A stretch of 55,467 bases of DNA from a virus. Its lineage: Duplodnaviria > Caudoviricetes. The notes below the pieces were generated by a model. The model saw only the letters and a list, made by a program, of their open reading frames with translations, ran no database searches and had not been told where the DNA came from. Positions within the stretch are counted from its first letter, which is position 1. Each line of letters starts with the position of its first letter. Location of the stretch: the IMG/VR virus record IMGVR_UViG_3300027732_000027, positions 1 to 55,467 of that record; one strand, given 5' to 3'. The translations under genes and the position numbers were made by a program. Positions 7,798-16,419 of this stretch are shown in pieces.

Positions 7798-8067
7798 ATG
7801 GATATTAAAGTAAAAGTAGTTTGGGGTAACGGTATGAATGATGCAAAACGTAACGAGTTTCATGCCATCAGAGATACGTGGGGAGTTTTAAGAGATGCAA
7901 TTAATGCAGGTAAATCAGACCCTGTAGTTGTAGCTAATGATGCTCCTAATGCAATATATGGTGGTACAAGATCATTTACTGATTCAACAACAGCAAATGC
8001 TTGGAAAACCTTTGTAGAAGCAACTGCGTTACAAATTAATGTTCCAGTCACGGTAACTGTAACATAA
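7798..8067 (+). CDS. Hypothetical protein
   Basis: AAGGAG RBS. Confidence 0.75.
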   Translation: MDIKVKVVWGNGMNDAKRNEFHAIRDTWGVLRDAINAGKSDPVVVANDAPNAIYGGTRSFTDSTTANAWKTFVEATALQINVPVTVTVT

Positions 8068-8097
8068 GCAGATTGGTATCTTATAAGATAACAAATC

Positions 8098-8123
8098 AAA
8101 GCAGTGCTAGTCACTGCTTTTTT
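8098..8123 (+). terminator. Rho-independent terminator
   Basis: AAAGCAGTG-CTAGT-CACTGCTTT followed by T tract. Confidence 0.8.
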
Positions 8124-8163
8124 GCATTATAAATTTGTCTTGTAATTATGTTTAGGAGATAAT

Positions 8164-8565
8164 ATGTTAGAGTGTATCATAGCAGGTGATTCAATTGGAG
8201 TCGGTATTGCAAATGTACGTAAAGAGTGTGTGGCATATGTTAAGGGTGGAATTAACTCTAAGCAGTGGTTAGATAAGAATATCTTGTACACTCCACTAAT
8301 TGCAAATCATGTAATTATTTCGCTTGGATCCAATGACCACAAATATGTAAAGACTGAGGAAGAACTACGAACTATTCGTAAACTAACCAAAGCTGATCGA
8401 GTGTACTGGGTAATGCCAAGTGATAAGTTTCCTGCAGCACAATCAGCAGTTTGGCATGTGGCAAATGAAAACAATGATATTATCCTTAAAACGGATCGTA
8501 TGCAAAAAGACAATATTCATCCATCATGGGCAGGATATAAAGAACTAGGAGAAAATGCAAGATGA
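8164..8565 (+). CDS. SGNH/GDSL hydrolase-like protein
   Basis: GDS, LGSND and DxxHP blocks. Confidence 0.8.
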   Translation: MLECIIAGDSIGVGIANVRKECVAYVKGGINSKQWLDKNILYTPLIANHVIISLGSNDHKYVKTEEELRTIRKLTKADRVYWVMPSDKFPAAQSAVWHVANENNDIILKTDRMQKDNIHPSWAGYKELGENAR

Positions 8566-8771
8566 ACATCAAAGACTATCAGATGGAACCAAAGACACCA
8601 CTATCATTTGAAGAGTGGAAAGGTAATATTGCTCCACAATACACTGGAGATAAACTCAAAGCATTCGATCGTTTGCACTCGGTAGACTACGAGAAAGAAT
8701 TCAATGCCATGCTTAAATCGGAGTATGCAGAGTATTTGTCAAATCTAAATGGAGACTGGTTACTAAAATGA
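8562..8771 (+). CDS. Hypothetical protein
   Basis: Coupled small ORF with AGGAG RBS. Confidence 0.7.
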   Translation: MNIKDYQMEPKTPLSFEEWKGNIAPQYTGDKLKAFDRLHSVDYEKEFNAMLKSEYAEYLSNLNGDWLLK

Positions 8772-8953
8772 CTACCTTTACTAGCGAGGACAGAGCTAAC
8801 TCTGAGCCAAAACTAATTAAGTACCGAGATGCAGGAATGCATTCTTACACATACTTCTGGACTATTGATGGTCGAGTTGTTTCACCTTATTTTGACGACG
8901 AAATCACAGCAAAGGAATGGACATATGAAAACAAATCAACAACTGGAAACTGA
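8768..8953 (+). CDS. Hypothetical protein
   Basis: Coupled small ORF. Confidence 0.65.
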   Translation: MTTFTSEDRANSEPKLIKYRDAGMHSYTYFWTIDGRVVSPYFDDEITAKEWTYENKSTTGN

Positions 8954-9080
8954 AGCCATCTTATCAATGGTAGAGAACATGAAGGCATTGGAACAGCAGT
9001 TAGCCGATGCCAAGAAACGAATCACTGATATGGAGTTAATTATTGCCAATCAACGAGCAGCAATAAAGGAATTGCAATGA
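8925..9080 (+). CDS. Small coiled-coil hypothetical protein
   Basis: ATG 8925, heptad-like sequence. Confidence 0.6.
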   Translation: MKTNQQLETEAILSMVENMKALEQQLADAKKRITDMELIIANQRAAIKELQ

Positions 9081-9280
9081 TACAAGAAGTAATACTACAC
9101 AAAGACGATCTGGTTGCAATACTAGAGTTTGCCAACAAATATCCCGATTCCGACTATGTCACAGTGTCTTGTGATTCTAGTTCAGGAATCGGAAATTTAG
9201 TTTCGGCATCACTAAGAGCAATCGTCAACAGTGATCCAGTAATAATCACTAAACAGATCGTGGACGAATCATCATGGTAA
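9077..9280 (+). CDS. Hypothetical protein
   Basis: Coupled ORF, AAGGA RBS. Confidence 0.7.
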   Translation: MIQEVILHKDDLVAILEFANKYPDSDYVTVSCDSSSGIGNLVSASLRAIVNSDPVIITKQIVDESSW

Positions 9281-9432
9281 AGCCTAATGATCCATCTCTT
9301 GCTAATATTCTCGAGGGAGAGAAAATTACCACAGACGATACCACCGAGTACCAAGAATCCACTCTAGAGAAACAAGCAGAATTCGATAAGAAACGAAACT
9401 ACGAGTGGGATCAGTGGAAGCCAATTGAATGA
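9274..9432 (+). CDS. Hypothetical 52-aa protein
   Basis: MVKPNDPS...WKPIE, translated by hand; fills the gap between coupled genes. Confidence 0.55.
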   Translation: MVKPNDPSLANILEGEKITTDDTTEYQESTLEKQAEFDKKRNYEWDQWKPIE

Positions 9433-9698
9433 AAACCTTAGTAATCGCAGGTAATTATGATCAAGCAAACATCTGGATGCACGCTAGACAAAAACGAACA
9501 GTTACTCACACTATCGTTCATAATGTAGACCAGCTACGAGGTAGACGAGATCCCAGTGGTGTATTCATAGGGACATGGCGAAGTCGAAAGGATATATTCG
9601 AAATACTTACTGCGCTGTTGACTCAAATGTCCGACCCTGTCAAGTACAAGATTATCCAAGGTCTACTGGTACAACATATTATAGAGATAACAAAATGA
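9429..9698 (+). CDS. Hypothetical protein
   Basis: Coupled ORF. Confidence 0.65.
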   Translation: MKTLVIAGNYDQANIWMHARQKRTVTHTIVHNVDQLRGRRDPSGVFIGTWRSRKDIFEILTALLTQMSDPVKYKIIQGLLVQHIIEITK

Positions 9699-9799
9699 AA
9701 CTATACGAAATAGCTTATCCAGACAACAGAATGAAACTATACGAAATAACATATTATAGAAACAACGAAATGAAACTATACGAAATAGCTTATCCAGAC
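9673..9799 (+). repeat. Compound tandem duplication of a gene start
   Basis: ATGAAACTATACGAAATA at 9695, 9731 and 9770; AACATATTATAGA and GCTTATCCAGAC each occur twice. Confidence 0.9.
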
Positions 9800-9853
9800 G
9801 AGCACAATAACGATACCATTGAAATACTAACAGAAGATGAACCAAGAGAATAA
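9695..9853 (+). pseudogene. Short repeat-derived ORF (MKLYEI x3), possibly a gene remnant
   Basis: In-frame triplicated N-terminus, 52 aa. Confidence 0.4.
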
Positions 9854-9968
9854 AGAACCCGAAAAAGATCCAGTAGATGATGTGGCCAAACACATACATA
9901 TTGTGTTGCCTATTGTAGGAGCAGTATTGATGTTTATGCTGGCTTTTATTGCTGTTACAATGGCTTAA
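9837..9968 (+). CDS. Small single-pass membrane protein (43 aa)
   Basis: MNQENKEPEKDPVDDVAKHIHIVLPIVGAVLMFMLAFIAVTMA, translated by hand. Confidence 0.65.
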   Translation: MNQENKEPEKDPVDDVAKHIHIVLPIVGAVLMFMLAFIAVTMA

Positions 9969-10041
9969 CAATATGAGTTTTTTAGTCGTGGTGGACGGAG
10001 TAGAGAAAATAGTGATGTTGCAATGAATACAAAGGCGAGGG

Positions 10042-10332
10042 ATGGCATACAAAGAAAAAACATGCCCTAAGTGTGGCGACAAGCACACCAAGCGAGGAGA
10101 ATACTGCTCACGCTCATGTGGGAATACTCGTGCTCACACTAAACAATCCAAGAAAGCCATTAGTGATGCTAAGAAGGAATGGCATGCCACTAGTGAAACA
10201 GCAGCAGTGGTCGCCCATAACTACACTAGTCTAGGTATTAATAAAACTCCAGAGCCAATTGCACCACCAACTAAATCTCCTATCAAGTCAAATCAATTTG
10301 TTCAGGATGGCGATTTGTGGACTGAAGTATAA
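10042..10332 (+). CDS. Zinc-finger protein (CxxC...CSRSC)
   Basis: CPKC and YCSRSC followed by a NUMOD3-like basic segment. Confidence 0.7.
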   Translation: MAYKEKTCPKCGDKHTKRGEYCSRSCGNTRAHTKQSKKAISDAKKEWHATSETAAVVAHNYTSLGINKTPEPIAPPTKSPIKSNQFVQDGDLWTEV

Positions 10333-10431
10333 ATGCAACTTGCAATTTAGATTTGATTTATACTTGACTTTGGTGTAGAATCACTATGTTAGGGTTGATC
10401 GAGAACAGAGAAGGCAACTACTGTAATGGTG

Positions 10432-10460
10432 TTGCCTTTAATTCCATTCTGAGGTAAGAT
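10432..10460 (+). promoter_or_regulatory. Early sigma70-like promoter with TTAATTC box
   Basis: TTGCCT-TTAATTC-N10-TAAGAT, 17-nt spacer. Confidence 0.7.
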
Positions 10461-10478
10461 TATCCCTTTGGAGTGAAT

Positions 10479-10625
10479 ATGTATACAGTGACGACTAAGG
10501 ATGGTAGTACTTTCGTTTTCGAATCTTTTGAGGAAATCGAAGAATTCTGGGGTGAGGTAGTCTGGGCTGAAGGTGCTGAGGACGCAGAAGTAAGTATTCG
10601 CTTCAGTAATCCCTCCAACGACTGA
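10479..10625 (+). CDS. Small acidic protein (48 aa)
   Basis: GGAG RBS; MYTVTTKDGSTFVFESFEEIEEFWGEVVWAEGAEDAEVSIRFSNPSND. Confidence 0.6.
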   Translation: MYTVTTKDGSTFVFESFEEIEEFWGEVVWAEGAEDAEVSIRFSNPSND

Positions 10626-10644
10626 GGGTTATTCCAGAAAGGTG

Positions 10645-10673
10645 TTGTCGTTAATTCCGTTTTGGTCCATAAT
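10645..10673 (+). promoter_or_regulatory. Early sigma70-like promoter with TTAATTC box
   Basis: TTGTCG-TTAATTC-N10-CATAAT. Confidence 0.7.
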
Positions 10674-10704
10674 TCTCTTATTGAATTAAGAAAAGGACTT
10701 TATT

Positions 10705-11592
10705 ATGACTACAGCTATCACCTTCGACGGAACCAACTACATCGCTAAAGTGGGTTCTAAGACCATCAAATCTTACTCTAAGAAATACGTAGAGCGCAAG
10801 GTGCATGCAATGGTGGGTGACATGGAAGTGCACATCGCTGCTGTTGCTGAAAAACAATCCAAGTACGACATCAACACTCGTTTCGGTTTCGTTGAGAAGT
10901 TGGTTACGATGGTTGCCACTGGTGTTCAGCCTTCAGCTGTTATCACTGGTGAAGGTGGTTTGGGTAAGACTTATACAGTGGCTAAAACACTGGCTGAGCA
11001 TGGTTTCAAAGACATCTCTGATTTGGCTGAATTCCAAGTTGGTTCGGTGGTCAATACACGCAAGTGTTTCACCATGGTTAAAGGTTACTCGACTGCAAAG
11101 GGTTTGTATCGTACCCTTTTCGAGAACAACAAGTCGATCGTTGTGTTCGATGATTGTGATGCTGTGTTGCGTGATCCAGTTGCCCTTAATCTGCTTAAAG
11201 GTGCACTGGACTCTTACGGTAAGCGCATCATCTCTTGGAATGCTGACATGAAGGACGACGATCTGCCACGTTCATTCGAGTTTACTGGTCGTGTGATTTT
11301 CATCTCGAACATGGCTCAAGAAAAGATCGATCAAGCCATTCGTTCACGTTCAATGATGATCGACCTGAGCATGTCGTTAGACCAAAAGATCGACCGCATG
11401 GAATTCATTGCAAAGTCGGATGAGTTCTTGCCTGAGTACGATGCTACTATTAAGAGTGATGCACTAAAGCTGATCCGTAGCATCAAGAACGAGTGCAAAG
11501 AGATCTCTCTACGTACCCTTATTGCTGTATCGAAGATTCGTGCCAGCAACAAAGAGTGGAAAGACCTTGCTACATACATGTTAACTGCTTAA
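10705..11592 (+). CDS. AAA+ family ATPase
   Basis: Walker A GEGGLGKT, Walker B VVFDD, IFISN sensor, AIRSR arginine finger. Confidence 0.9.
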   Translation: MTTAITFDGTNYIAKVGSKTIKSYSKKYVERKVHAMVGDMEVHIAAVAEKQSKYDINTRFGFVEKLVTMVATGVQPSAVITGEGGLGKTYTVAKTLAEHGFKDISDLAEFQVGSVVNTRKCFTMVKGYSTAKGLYRTLFENNKSIVVFDDCDAVLRDPVALNLLKGALDSYGKRIISWNADMKDDDLPRSFEFTGRVIFISNMAQEKIDQAIRSRSMMIDLSMSLDQKIDRMEFIAKSDEFLPEYDATIKSDALKLIRSIKNECKEISLRTLIAVSKIRASNKEWKDLATYMLTA

Positions 11593-11602
11593 GGAAAAGA
11601 CT

Positions 11603-11818
11603 ATGAAGATAAGAGCAATTGTGAATGGTGTTAGTTACTACACTACTAAGGCTGCTATTCGGGGTAAGCGCAGTAGCGACTTTTCTCTGCAGAACGATGC
11701 GTTGGCTTACTGCTTACACTGTATGGCTAGTAGTGATGGCTTTGCTACTACAGTTAGATACTACGACCATCAGATGGTACAACAAAAATTCGATGTACAA
11801 TTAAGTAAGGTTGCATAA
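11603..11818 (+). CDS. Hypothetical protein
   Basis: AAGGA RBS. Confidence 0.7.
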   Translation: MKIRAIVNGVSYYTTKAAIRGKRSSDFSLQNDALAYCLHCMASSDGFATTVRYYDHQMVQQKFDVQLSKVA

Positions 11819-12048
11819 TGGGATACTTTAGTAATTTACATCAAAGCATTATCGAACTACACGAAGATGGTCTTACACTAGATCAGATCGCAGTCTCGCT
11901 GAAAGTAGATATTGTTACTGTAGCAGAGATTGTCACTGATTACGAAGATGGTAATTATGATGATTCTATGGATGGTGATCACGATTCTGCTATGAGTTCT
12001 GCTGGCTGGGGCACAGACGAAGACTATGGTTATTATGGCGAAGAATAA
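11818..12048 (+). CDS. Small HTH-like protein with very acidic C-terminus
   Basis: GLTLDQIAVSLKVD HTH-like segment; tail DDSMDGDHDS..AGWGTDEDYG. Confidence 0.75.
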   Translation: MGYFSNLHQSIIELHEDGLTLDQIAVSLKVDIVTVAEIVTDYEDGNYDDSMDGDHDSAMSSAGWGTDEDYGYYGEE

Positions 12049-12161
12049 CTTGACAACTAGTTGACAACCAAATCTGTATTAGATTAAGGCATATATCTGT
12101 ATTTGTCGGGACTCCTACCTTAGCCCCTAAACACAATTAAACCCCCACATCATATAACACA

Positions 12162-12323
12162 ATGCCCACACTGTTACTTTCTATCGTTATCCTTATAATC
12201 GGTTATTCATTCGATTCAAGTCTTGCATTCTTGTGGTGGTTTTTGGCTATCATAGTATTAGTTCCACCATCGATTGTTGTTTGGGCTATAATCTTTGGTA
12301 TTGTTATTGTTGTATTCTTGTAA
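12162..12323 (+). CDS. Very hydrophobic 53-aa membrane protein
   Basis: MPTLLLSIVILIIGYSFDSSLAFLWWFLAIIVLVPPSIVVWAIIFGIVIVVFL; no clear RBS. Confidence 0.45.
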   Translation: MPTLLLSIVILIIGYSFDSSLAFLWWFLAIIVLVPPSIVVWAIIFGIVIVVFL

Positions 12324-12408
12324 TCTGTATTAGGTTGCATGAATTAGAATCAAAATGTTGCAAAAAATTCCCCGAGAAAAATTTTCACTTTAAAAGGTTG
12401 CATATATC

Positions 12409-12819
12409 ATGAAGAAACAGATTATATTTGGTGGTAAGATTATGACAGGATACTACATCGAGTATAAGAATAAAACGGTAAGGATTCTTTCTACTAAGCA
12501 AAGCACTATTAAAGAGTTATCCATTCCAAAGAGTGGTGATTCTAATTATCCTAGATTCGTCTTTATGGTTAATGGTATTAGGATCAATGCAGATGTTCAT
12601 AGGGTTGTTGCTGAGAATTTAGTTAAATTTCCTAAACCCAAGGATATAACTAAGCGAGACTGGGATAAGACTCCGTCCGTGATTAAAGATCATATTAAAT
12701 CTTTGTACTTTGTAAATCATCGAGACCATGACAAATATAACTGTCATCCTAGCAATTTGGAGTGGGTCACGAGTAAGGGTAATGCTTTGGCTTATCAAAA
12801 GCATAAAAATACAAAGTAA
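12409..12819 (+). CDS. HNH endonuclease (free-standing, homing-type)
   Basis: VHRVVA...VNHRDHDKYNCHPSNLEWVT..N motif. Confidence 0.85.
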   Translation: MKKQIIFGGKIMTGYYIEYKNKTVRILSTKQSTIKELSIPKSGDSNYPRFVFMVNGIRINADVHRVVAENLVKFPKPKDITKRDWDKTPSVIKDHIKSLYFVNHRDHDKYNCHPSNLEWVTSKGNALAYQKHKNTK

Positions 12820-12825
12820 AGTTGC

Positions 12826-12854
12826 TTGTCTTTAATTCGGACTCGATGTATAAT
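12826..12854 (+). promoter_or_regulatory. Early sigma70-like promoter with TTAATTC box
   Basis: TTGTCT-TTAATTC-N10-TATAAT. Confidence 0.8.
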
Positions 12855-12878
12855 AATTACATAAACGAAAAGGAACTG

Positions 12879-13076
12879 ATGATGACTACGACACGCACTG
12901 AAGCACAAGAAGAGATCGATGCAAAGTACAACGAACTGTGCTCTGCTCTAACTGCTTTTGATTACAAACTTAGAGAACTCACTCGCTTGTTCGATCCACA
13001 GATCGACAACATCTACCTTAGGACACAACCTTTACACGACCTCTTGCAAGAGATCGATGAAGCACTGGAGAAGTAA
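12879..13076 (+). CDS. Hypothetical protein
   Basis: AAGGA RBS after the promoter. Confidence 0.7.
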   Translation: MMTTTRTEAQEEIDAKYNELCSALTAFDYKLRELTRLFDPQIDNIYLRTQPLHDLLQEIDEALEK

Positions 13077-13077
13077 T

Positions 13078-13296
13078 ATGATCGTTTGGAATGTTCAAGT
13101 ATATCGGGTCAATCCCGAGACTGCTCGCCCTGACTTCTACAAGGTGCTGAGCGAGTGTGAGTTTGTGATTGAAGGTGAGGCATATGGATATGCGGCACTT
13201 TACAATCGTGAGCACTATTACAATTACCCAGCGACTCCTACAGGCTTTGCCTTTGTCACTGGACAGATCGACACTGAAACTGGAGAAAACTTATGA
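13078..13296 (+). CDS. Hypothetical protein
   Basis: GGAG RBS, ATG 13078. Confidence 0.7.
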   Translation: MIVWNVQVYRVNPETARPDFYKVLSECEFVIEGEAYGYAALYNREHYYNYPATPTGFAFVTGQIDTETGENL

Positions 13297-13553
13297 ACGA
13301 ACGAATTAAAAAACTTGCTGAACAGGCTAGTGTATCCTCTCTTTGGATGTCTGGTACAGATCAACAAGGAAATCCAATACTTGAAAAATTCGCCGAGTTG
13401 ATTGTGCAGGAATGTATGAATCAGGTACGAGAACAATATCTACCTGTGCTGGAAGATGAAGGCATGATGAAGGACATACATTGGGCACATTATGTTCAAT
13501 GTGGTGTTGACAGTTATGTAGCAATCAAAGAACATTTCGGAGTTGAAGAATGA
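13293..13553 (+). CDS. Conserved phage protein (MNERIK..AEQA / EKFAELIV.EC family)
   Basis: Recognisable recurrent small phage ORF family. Confidence 0.75.
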   Translation: MNERIKKLAEQASVSSLWMSGTDQQGNPILEKFAELIVQECMNQVREQYLPVLEDEGMMKDIHWAHYVQCGVDSYVAIKEHFGVEE

Positions 13554-13777
13554 AACAAATCTACGAAATTCGCTCGATGTTTAAAGATCCTGTACTTAAC
13601 CAAACTGTCGTGTGGGGTTCCTATGATACCGAGAAGCAAGCAAGGCGAGCATTAGTGGATCTCTCCACTCGTAACTACGCCAATGCCAATGAGATTCGTT
13701 CGCTTGGCTTAGAGTTGATTCAGTACATACCCTTTGCACTGGATCGTATTTCTGCTTTAGATATGGAGGTTGTATGA
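13550..13777 (+). CDS. Hypothetical protein
   Basis: Coupled ORF. Confidence 0.7.
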   Translation: MKQIYEIRSMFKDPVLNQTVVWGSYDTEKQARRALVDLSTRNYANANEIRSLGLELIQYIPFALDRISALDMEVV

Positions 13778-13944
13778 ACGAAGAAGTATTTGAATATCTA
13801 GATGAACTTAGAGAATCAGGTGTAACGAATATGTTTGGAGCAGGTGTTTATCTGCAGCAAGAATTTGGTTTCTCTAAGGTAGAAGCCAGAGATATACTAA
13901 TGAAATGGATGGAGCAATATGGCGAACGTAAAGCAAGGAAATAA
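13774..13944 (+). CDS. Conserved small phage protein (LRESGVTNMFGA motif)
   Basis: GGAGG RBS; 56 aa translated by hand. Confidence 0.75.
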   Translation: MNEEVFEYLDELRESGVTNMFGAGVYLQQEFGFSKVEARDILMKWMEQYGERKARK

Positions 13945-14047
13945 AACATCGGCTCCCCAATGGTGGAGACACCTAAGAGATTGGAAACGAGTGTTTTGGA
14001 AAAGTGAACGACAAGCACAAAAGAAGGATATTAAAAATGAGTCTTGA
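13919..14047 (+). CDS. Small basic Trp-rich protein (42 aa)
   Basis: GGAG RBS; MANVKQGNKTSAPQWWRHLRDWKRVFWKSERQAQKKDIKNES. Confidence 0.6.
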   Translation: MANVKQGNKTSAPQWWRHLRDWKRVFWKSERQAQKKDIKNES

Positions 14048-14378
14048 TGTTTATTTAATGGTTATACAACCCACAAGTATCTTCTCTATGAATATCACTC
14101 ACAATCTTGGAGTGATGGCTAGTGCAGTTGTTCTTGAGAATGGTAAGACTCTGTATGATGTGTTATGGCGACCAGACGAGCATGGTTATTACACTGCCGA
14201 GGATATCTCTGAGTTGTTAGATGAAGGATGGAATATTTTACTTTCCGACCCAGAGAAATATAAAAAGTATAATCCAGAGAACGGCTGGGGTGAGTACGAT
14301 GGATTGTGTAATTTTGTTTATAGCTACAGGAATGCTTGTTGGAATAATCCAGAAGCAGAATTGCGCATATCTAGATAG
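14037..14378 (+). CDS. Conserved hypothetical protein
   Basis: MSLD...NITHNL...NPENGWG.Y motifs. Confidence 0.75.
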   Translation: MSLDVYLMVIQPTSIFSMNITHNLGVMASAVVLENGKTLYDVLWRPDEHGYYTAEDISELLDEGWNILLSDPEKYKKYNPENGWGEYDGLCNFVYSYRNACWNNPEAELRISR

Positions 14379-14386
14379 TTAAATAT

Positions 14387-14611
14387 ATGATACAAATTTT
14401 CATCCCTATTCTAGTTATCTGTATGAATGGTAACTGTGAGTTTATGCAACCCGATAATTACTACACTGTAGAGTCTCAATGCGTGGACTCTATAGATAAA
14501 CAAAAGGAACACATGAGAGGAATCGCTGCTCGTGGTAATGTAACCATTGCTGTTCTTGAAGGCACTTGTGCGCAAGCAAAGGTAAAACCTATAAAGGGTA
14601 AGGAAGCATAA
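14387..14611 (+). CDS. Small Cys-containing, possibly secreted protein
   Basis: Hydrophobic N-terminus, 4 Cys. Confidence 0.65.
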   Translation: MIQIFIPILVICMNGNCEFMQPDNYYTVESQCVDSIDKQKEHMRGIAARGNVTIAVLEGTCAQAKVKPIKGKEA

Positions 14612-14851
14612 ATGAGTACTCTTGCCGAACAGTTTGCTAATCGAGATAAAAATAATCCCAAACCCAAGTGGGTTTATGGAGACAGAGTATTCGCAAAGTG
14701 GGAAGGTGTTCCGCTAGTTGGAATGGTTGTTAGACAAAATGAGTTTGGAGTATTAATTCATGCAGACCTTCCCCTTGGAGAAACCGAAGGTAGACAAGTT
14801 GTTTATTGCAACCCAAAGACAGTTAAAAAATTAGTTGTCTTGCAAGATTGA
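14612..14851 (+). CDS. Hypothetical protein (SH3/Tudor-like barrel)
   Basis: YGDRVFAKW..G.V pattern. Confidence 0.6.
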   Translation: MSTLAEQFANRDKNNPKPKWVYGDRVFAKWEGVPLVGMVVRQNEFGVLIHADLPLGETEGRQVVYCNPKTVKKLVVLQD

Positions 14852-14891
14852 ATAAGGCATAATAGAACATTCTGAACTATAAGGAAACCTG

Positions 14892-15500
14892 ATGAATAAT
14901 ATAGACTGGTGTTTTAGTCATGTAACCCAAGCTAAACCTGAGCAATCTTGGTTAACAGGTTCTGTGCCAAATATTTTCACTAAACAAGAATGTGATGAAA
15001 TCATAAAGTATGGCATCGCTAATTTAAAACAAGCAACAACATATTCTAATACTGAGCCTAACGGATTAGTTAATCTACACATTAGAGAATCTAATATATG
15101 CTGGATAGAGTCTACTGAAAAGTGGGTTTATCAACGCATGGAAGAATATGTAACGATGTTGAATAATAATCTTTTTCTTTACGATCTTACAGGCTTTGCA
15201 GAGAAAATACAATTTACCCAATATGTAGCCCCAACAGGAAAATACGAAGCACATATTGATAGGATGAATATTAATGATGTGGTTAGAAAATTATCACTTA
15301 CTGTGCAATTGTCTGAGCCTGATACTTATTCTGGCGGAGAGTTGCAAATTTTAACTAATCTTGAATATCCAGAAATTGCTTCTAAATCAATTGGATCTGG
15401 CTTTGCTTTTAATAGCATGTTATTGCACAGAGTAACACCTGTAACTACAGGTCGTAGATATTCTTTAGTTGTATGGGTAACTGGTCCACCATTTAAATAA
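14892..15500 (+). CDS. 2OG-Fe(II) oxygenase (prolyl 4-hydroxylase/PKHD-like)
   Basis: HID, RKLS..VQLS, YSGGEL, HRVTPVT.GRRYSLVVW. Confidence 0.9.
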   Translation: MNNIDWCFSHVTQAKPEQSWLTGSVPNIFTKQECDEIIKYGIANLKQATTYSNTEPNGLVNLHIRESNICWIESTEKWVYQRMEEYVTMLNNNLFLYDLTGFAEKIQFTQYVAPTGKYEAHIDRMNINDVVRKLSLTVQLSEPDTYSGGELQILTNLEYPEIASKSIGSGFAFNSMLLHRVTPVTTGRRYSLVVWVTGPPFK

Positions 15501-15503
15501 GTA

Positions 15504-15532
15504 TTGACTTTTATTGCACCTTGTAGTATAAT
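15504..15532 (+). promoter_or_regulatory. Sigma70-like promoter
   Basis: TTGACT-17-TATAAT. Confidence 0.75.
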
Positions 15533-15558
15533 AGTATAAATGATAAATGAGAAATACA

Positions 15559-16419
15559 ATGAAAATCGCAATTTGCTCCGATGTCCATCTTGAGTTTGGA
15601 CAACTTGAATTAGAAAACACCAAAGGTGCTGAAGTCCTTGTTTTGTCTGGTGATATTTGTACTGCTGTTGACCTTCGTGTCACCGACAGTATTCTTTCTT
15701 CTGCTAAAACTGATAGGTATCTTGAGTTTTTTACTGCTTGCAGTAGGAACTTTCCTCATGTGGTTTACCTTATGGGTAATCACGAGCATTACCATGGTGA
15801 CTTTGCAACTAGTGCTGTTCACCTAAGAGATGCCATGAAACAATGTGGTGATAATATTCACTTCCTAGACAAAGAAGTTTGGGAATTGAATGACCACGTG
15901 TTTATCGGTGGTACTCTTTGGACTGATATGAATGGTGAAGATGAGATGACCATGAATCATGTTTCTCGTCGTATGAATGATTTCCAAATCTGTGAGAACA
16001 GTAACAGAGTTGTTAACTACAGATCGTTTGAAGAAGGTAAACCTAAGTTTCATGAGAGAACTGCTACCTTGAGTCCACAAGATGCAGTGGAAGATCACAA
16101 AGCCATGTTAAAGGTTATTGAAGAAGCATACGATGCAGTTCCTCCATGGAAGACTGTTGTTGTTTGCACTCATCATGCACCAAGCAAACTTTCTGAGCAT
16201 CCACGTTACAAGAAAGATCAACTCATGAATGGTGCTTACAATTCTCGTTTGGATGAATTTATTATGGATCGCCCAGCAATCAAACTGTGGACTCATGGTC
16301 ATACTCATGAAGACTTTGACTACATGATTAAAGGTTGTCGTGTTGTTTGTAATCCTCGTGGTTACATCAACTACGAAGATCGAGCAGATCGTTTTGAATT
16401 AAAGGTTGTAGAAGTATGA
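15559..16419 (+). CDS. Calcineurin-like metallophosphoesterase
   Basis: SDVH, GD, GNHE, THH and HGHTH motifs. Confidence 0.92.
   Translation: MKIAICSDVHLEFGQLELENTKGAEVLVLSGDICTAVDLRVTDSILSSAKTDRYLEFFTACSRNFPHVVYLMGNHEHYHGDFATSAVHLRDAMKQCGDNIHFLDKEVWELNDHVFIGGTLWTDMNGEDEMTMNHVSRRMNDFQICENSNRVVNYRSFEEGKPKFHERTATLSPQDAVEDHKAMLKVIEEAYDAVPPWKTVVVCTHHAPSKLSEHPRYKKDQLMNGAYNSRLDEFIMDRPAIKLWTHGHTHEDFDYMIKGCRVVCNPRGYINYEDRADRFELKVVEV

Noticed and set aside
8135-8163. Promoter TTGTCT-17-GATAAT for the SGNH gene
   Set aside because: The -10 abuts the ATG, so transcription would start inside the gene; not supported as its promoter
9695-9790. Mini CRISPR array
   Set aside because: Repeats are only 18 nt, the linkers copy flanking sequence instead of being unique spacers, the frame is preserved and no cas genes are present
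12409-12819. Group I intron carrying the HNH gene
   Set aside because: No interrupted host gene or intron core is visible; the gene appears free-standing
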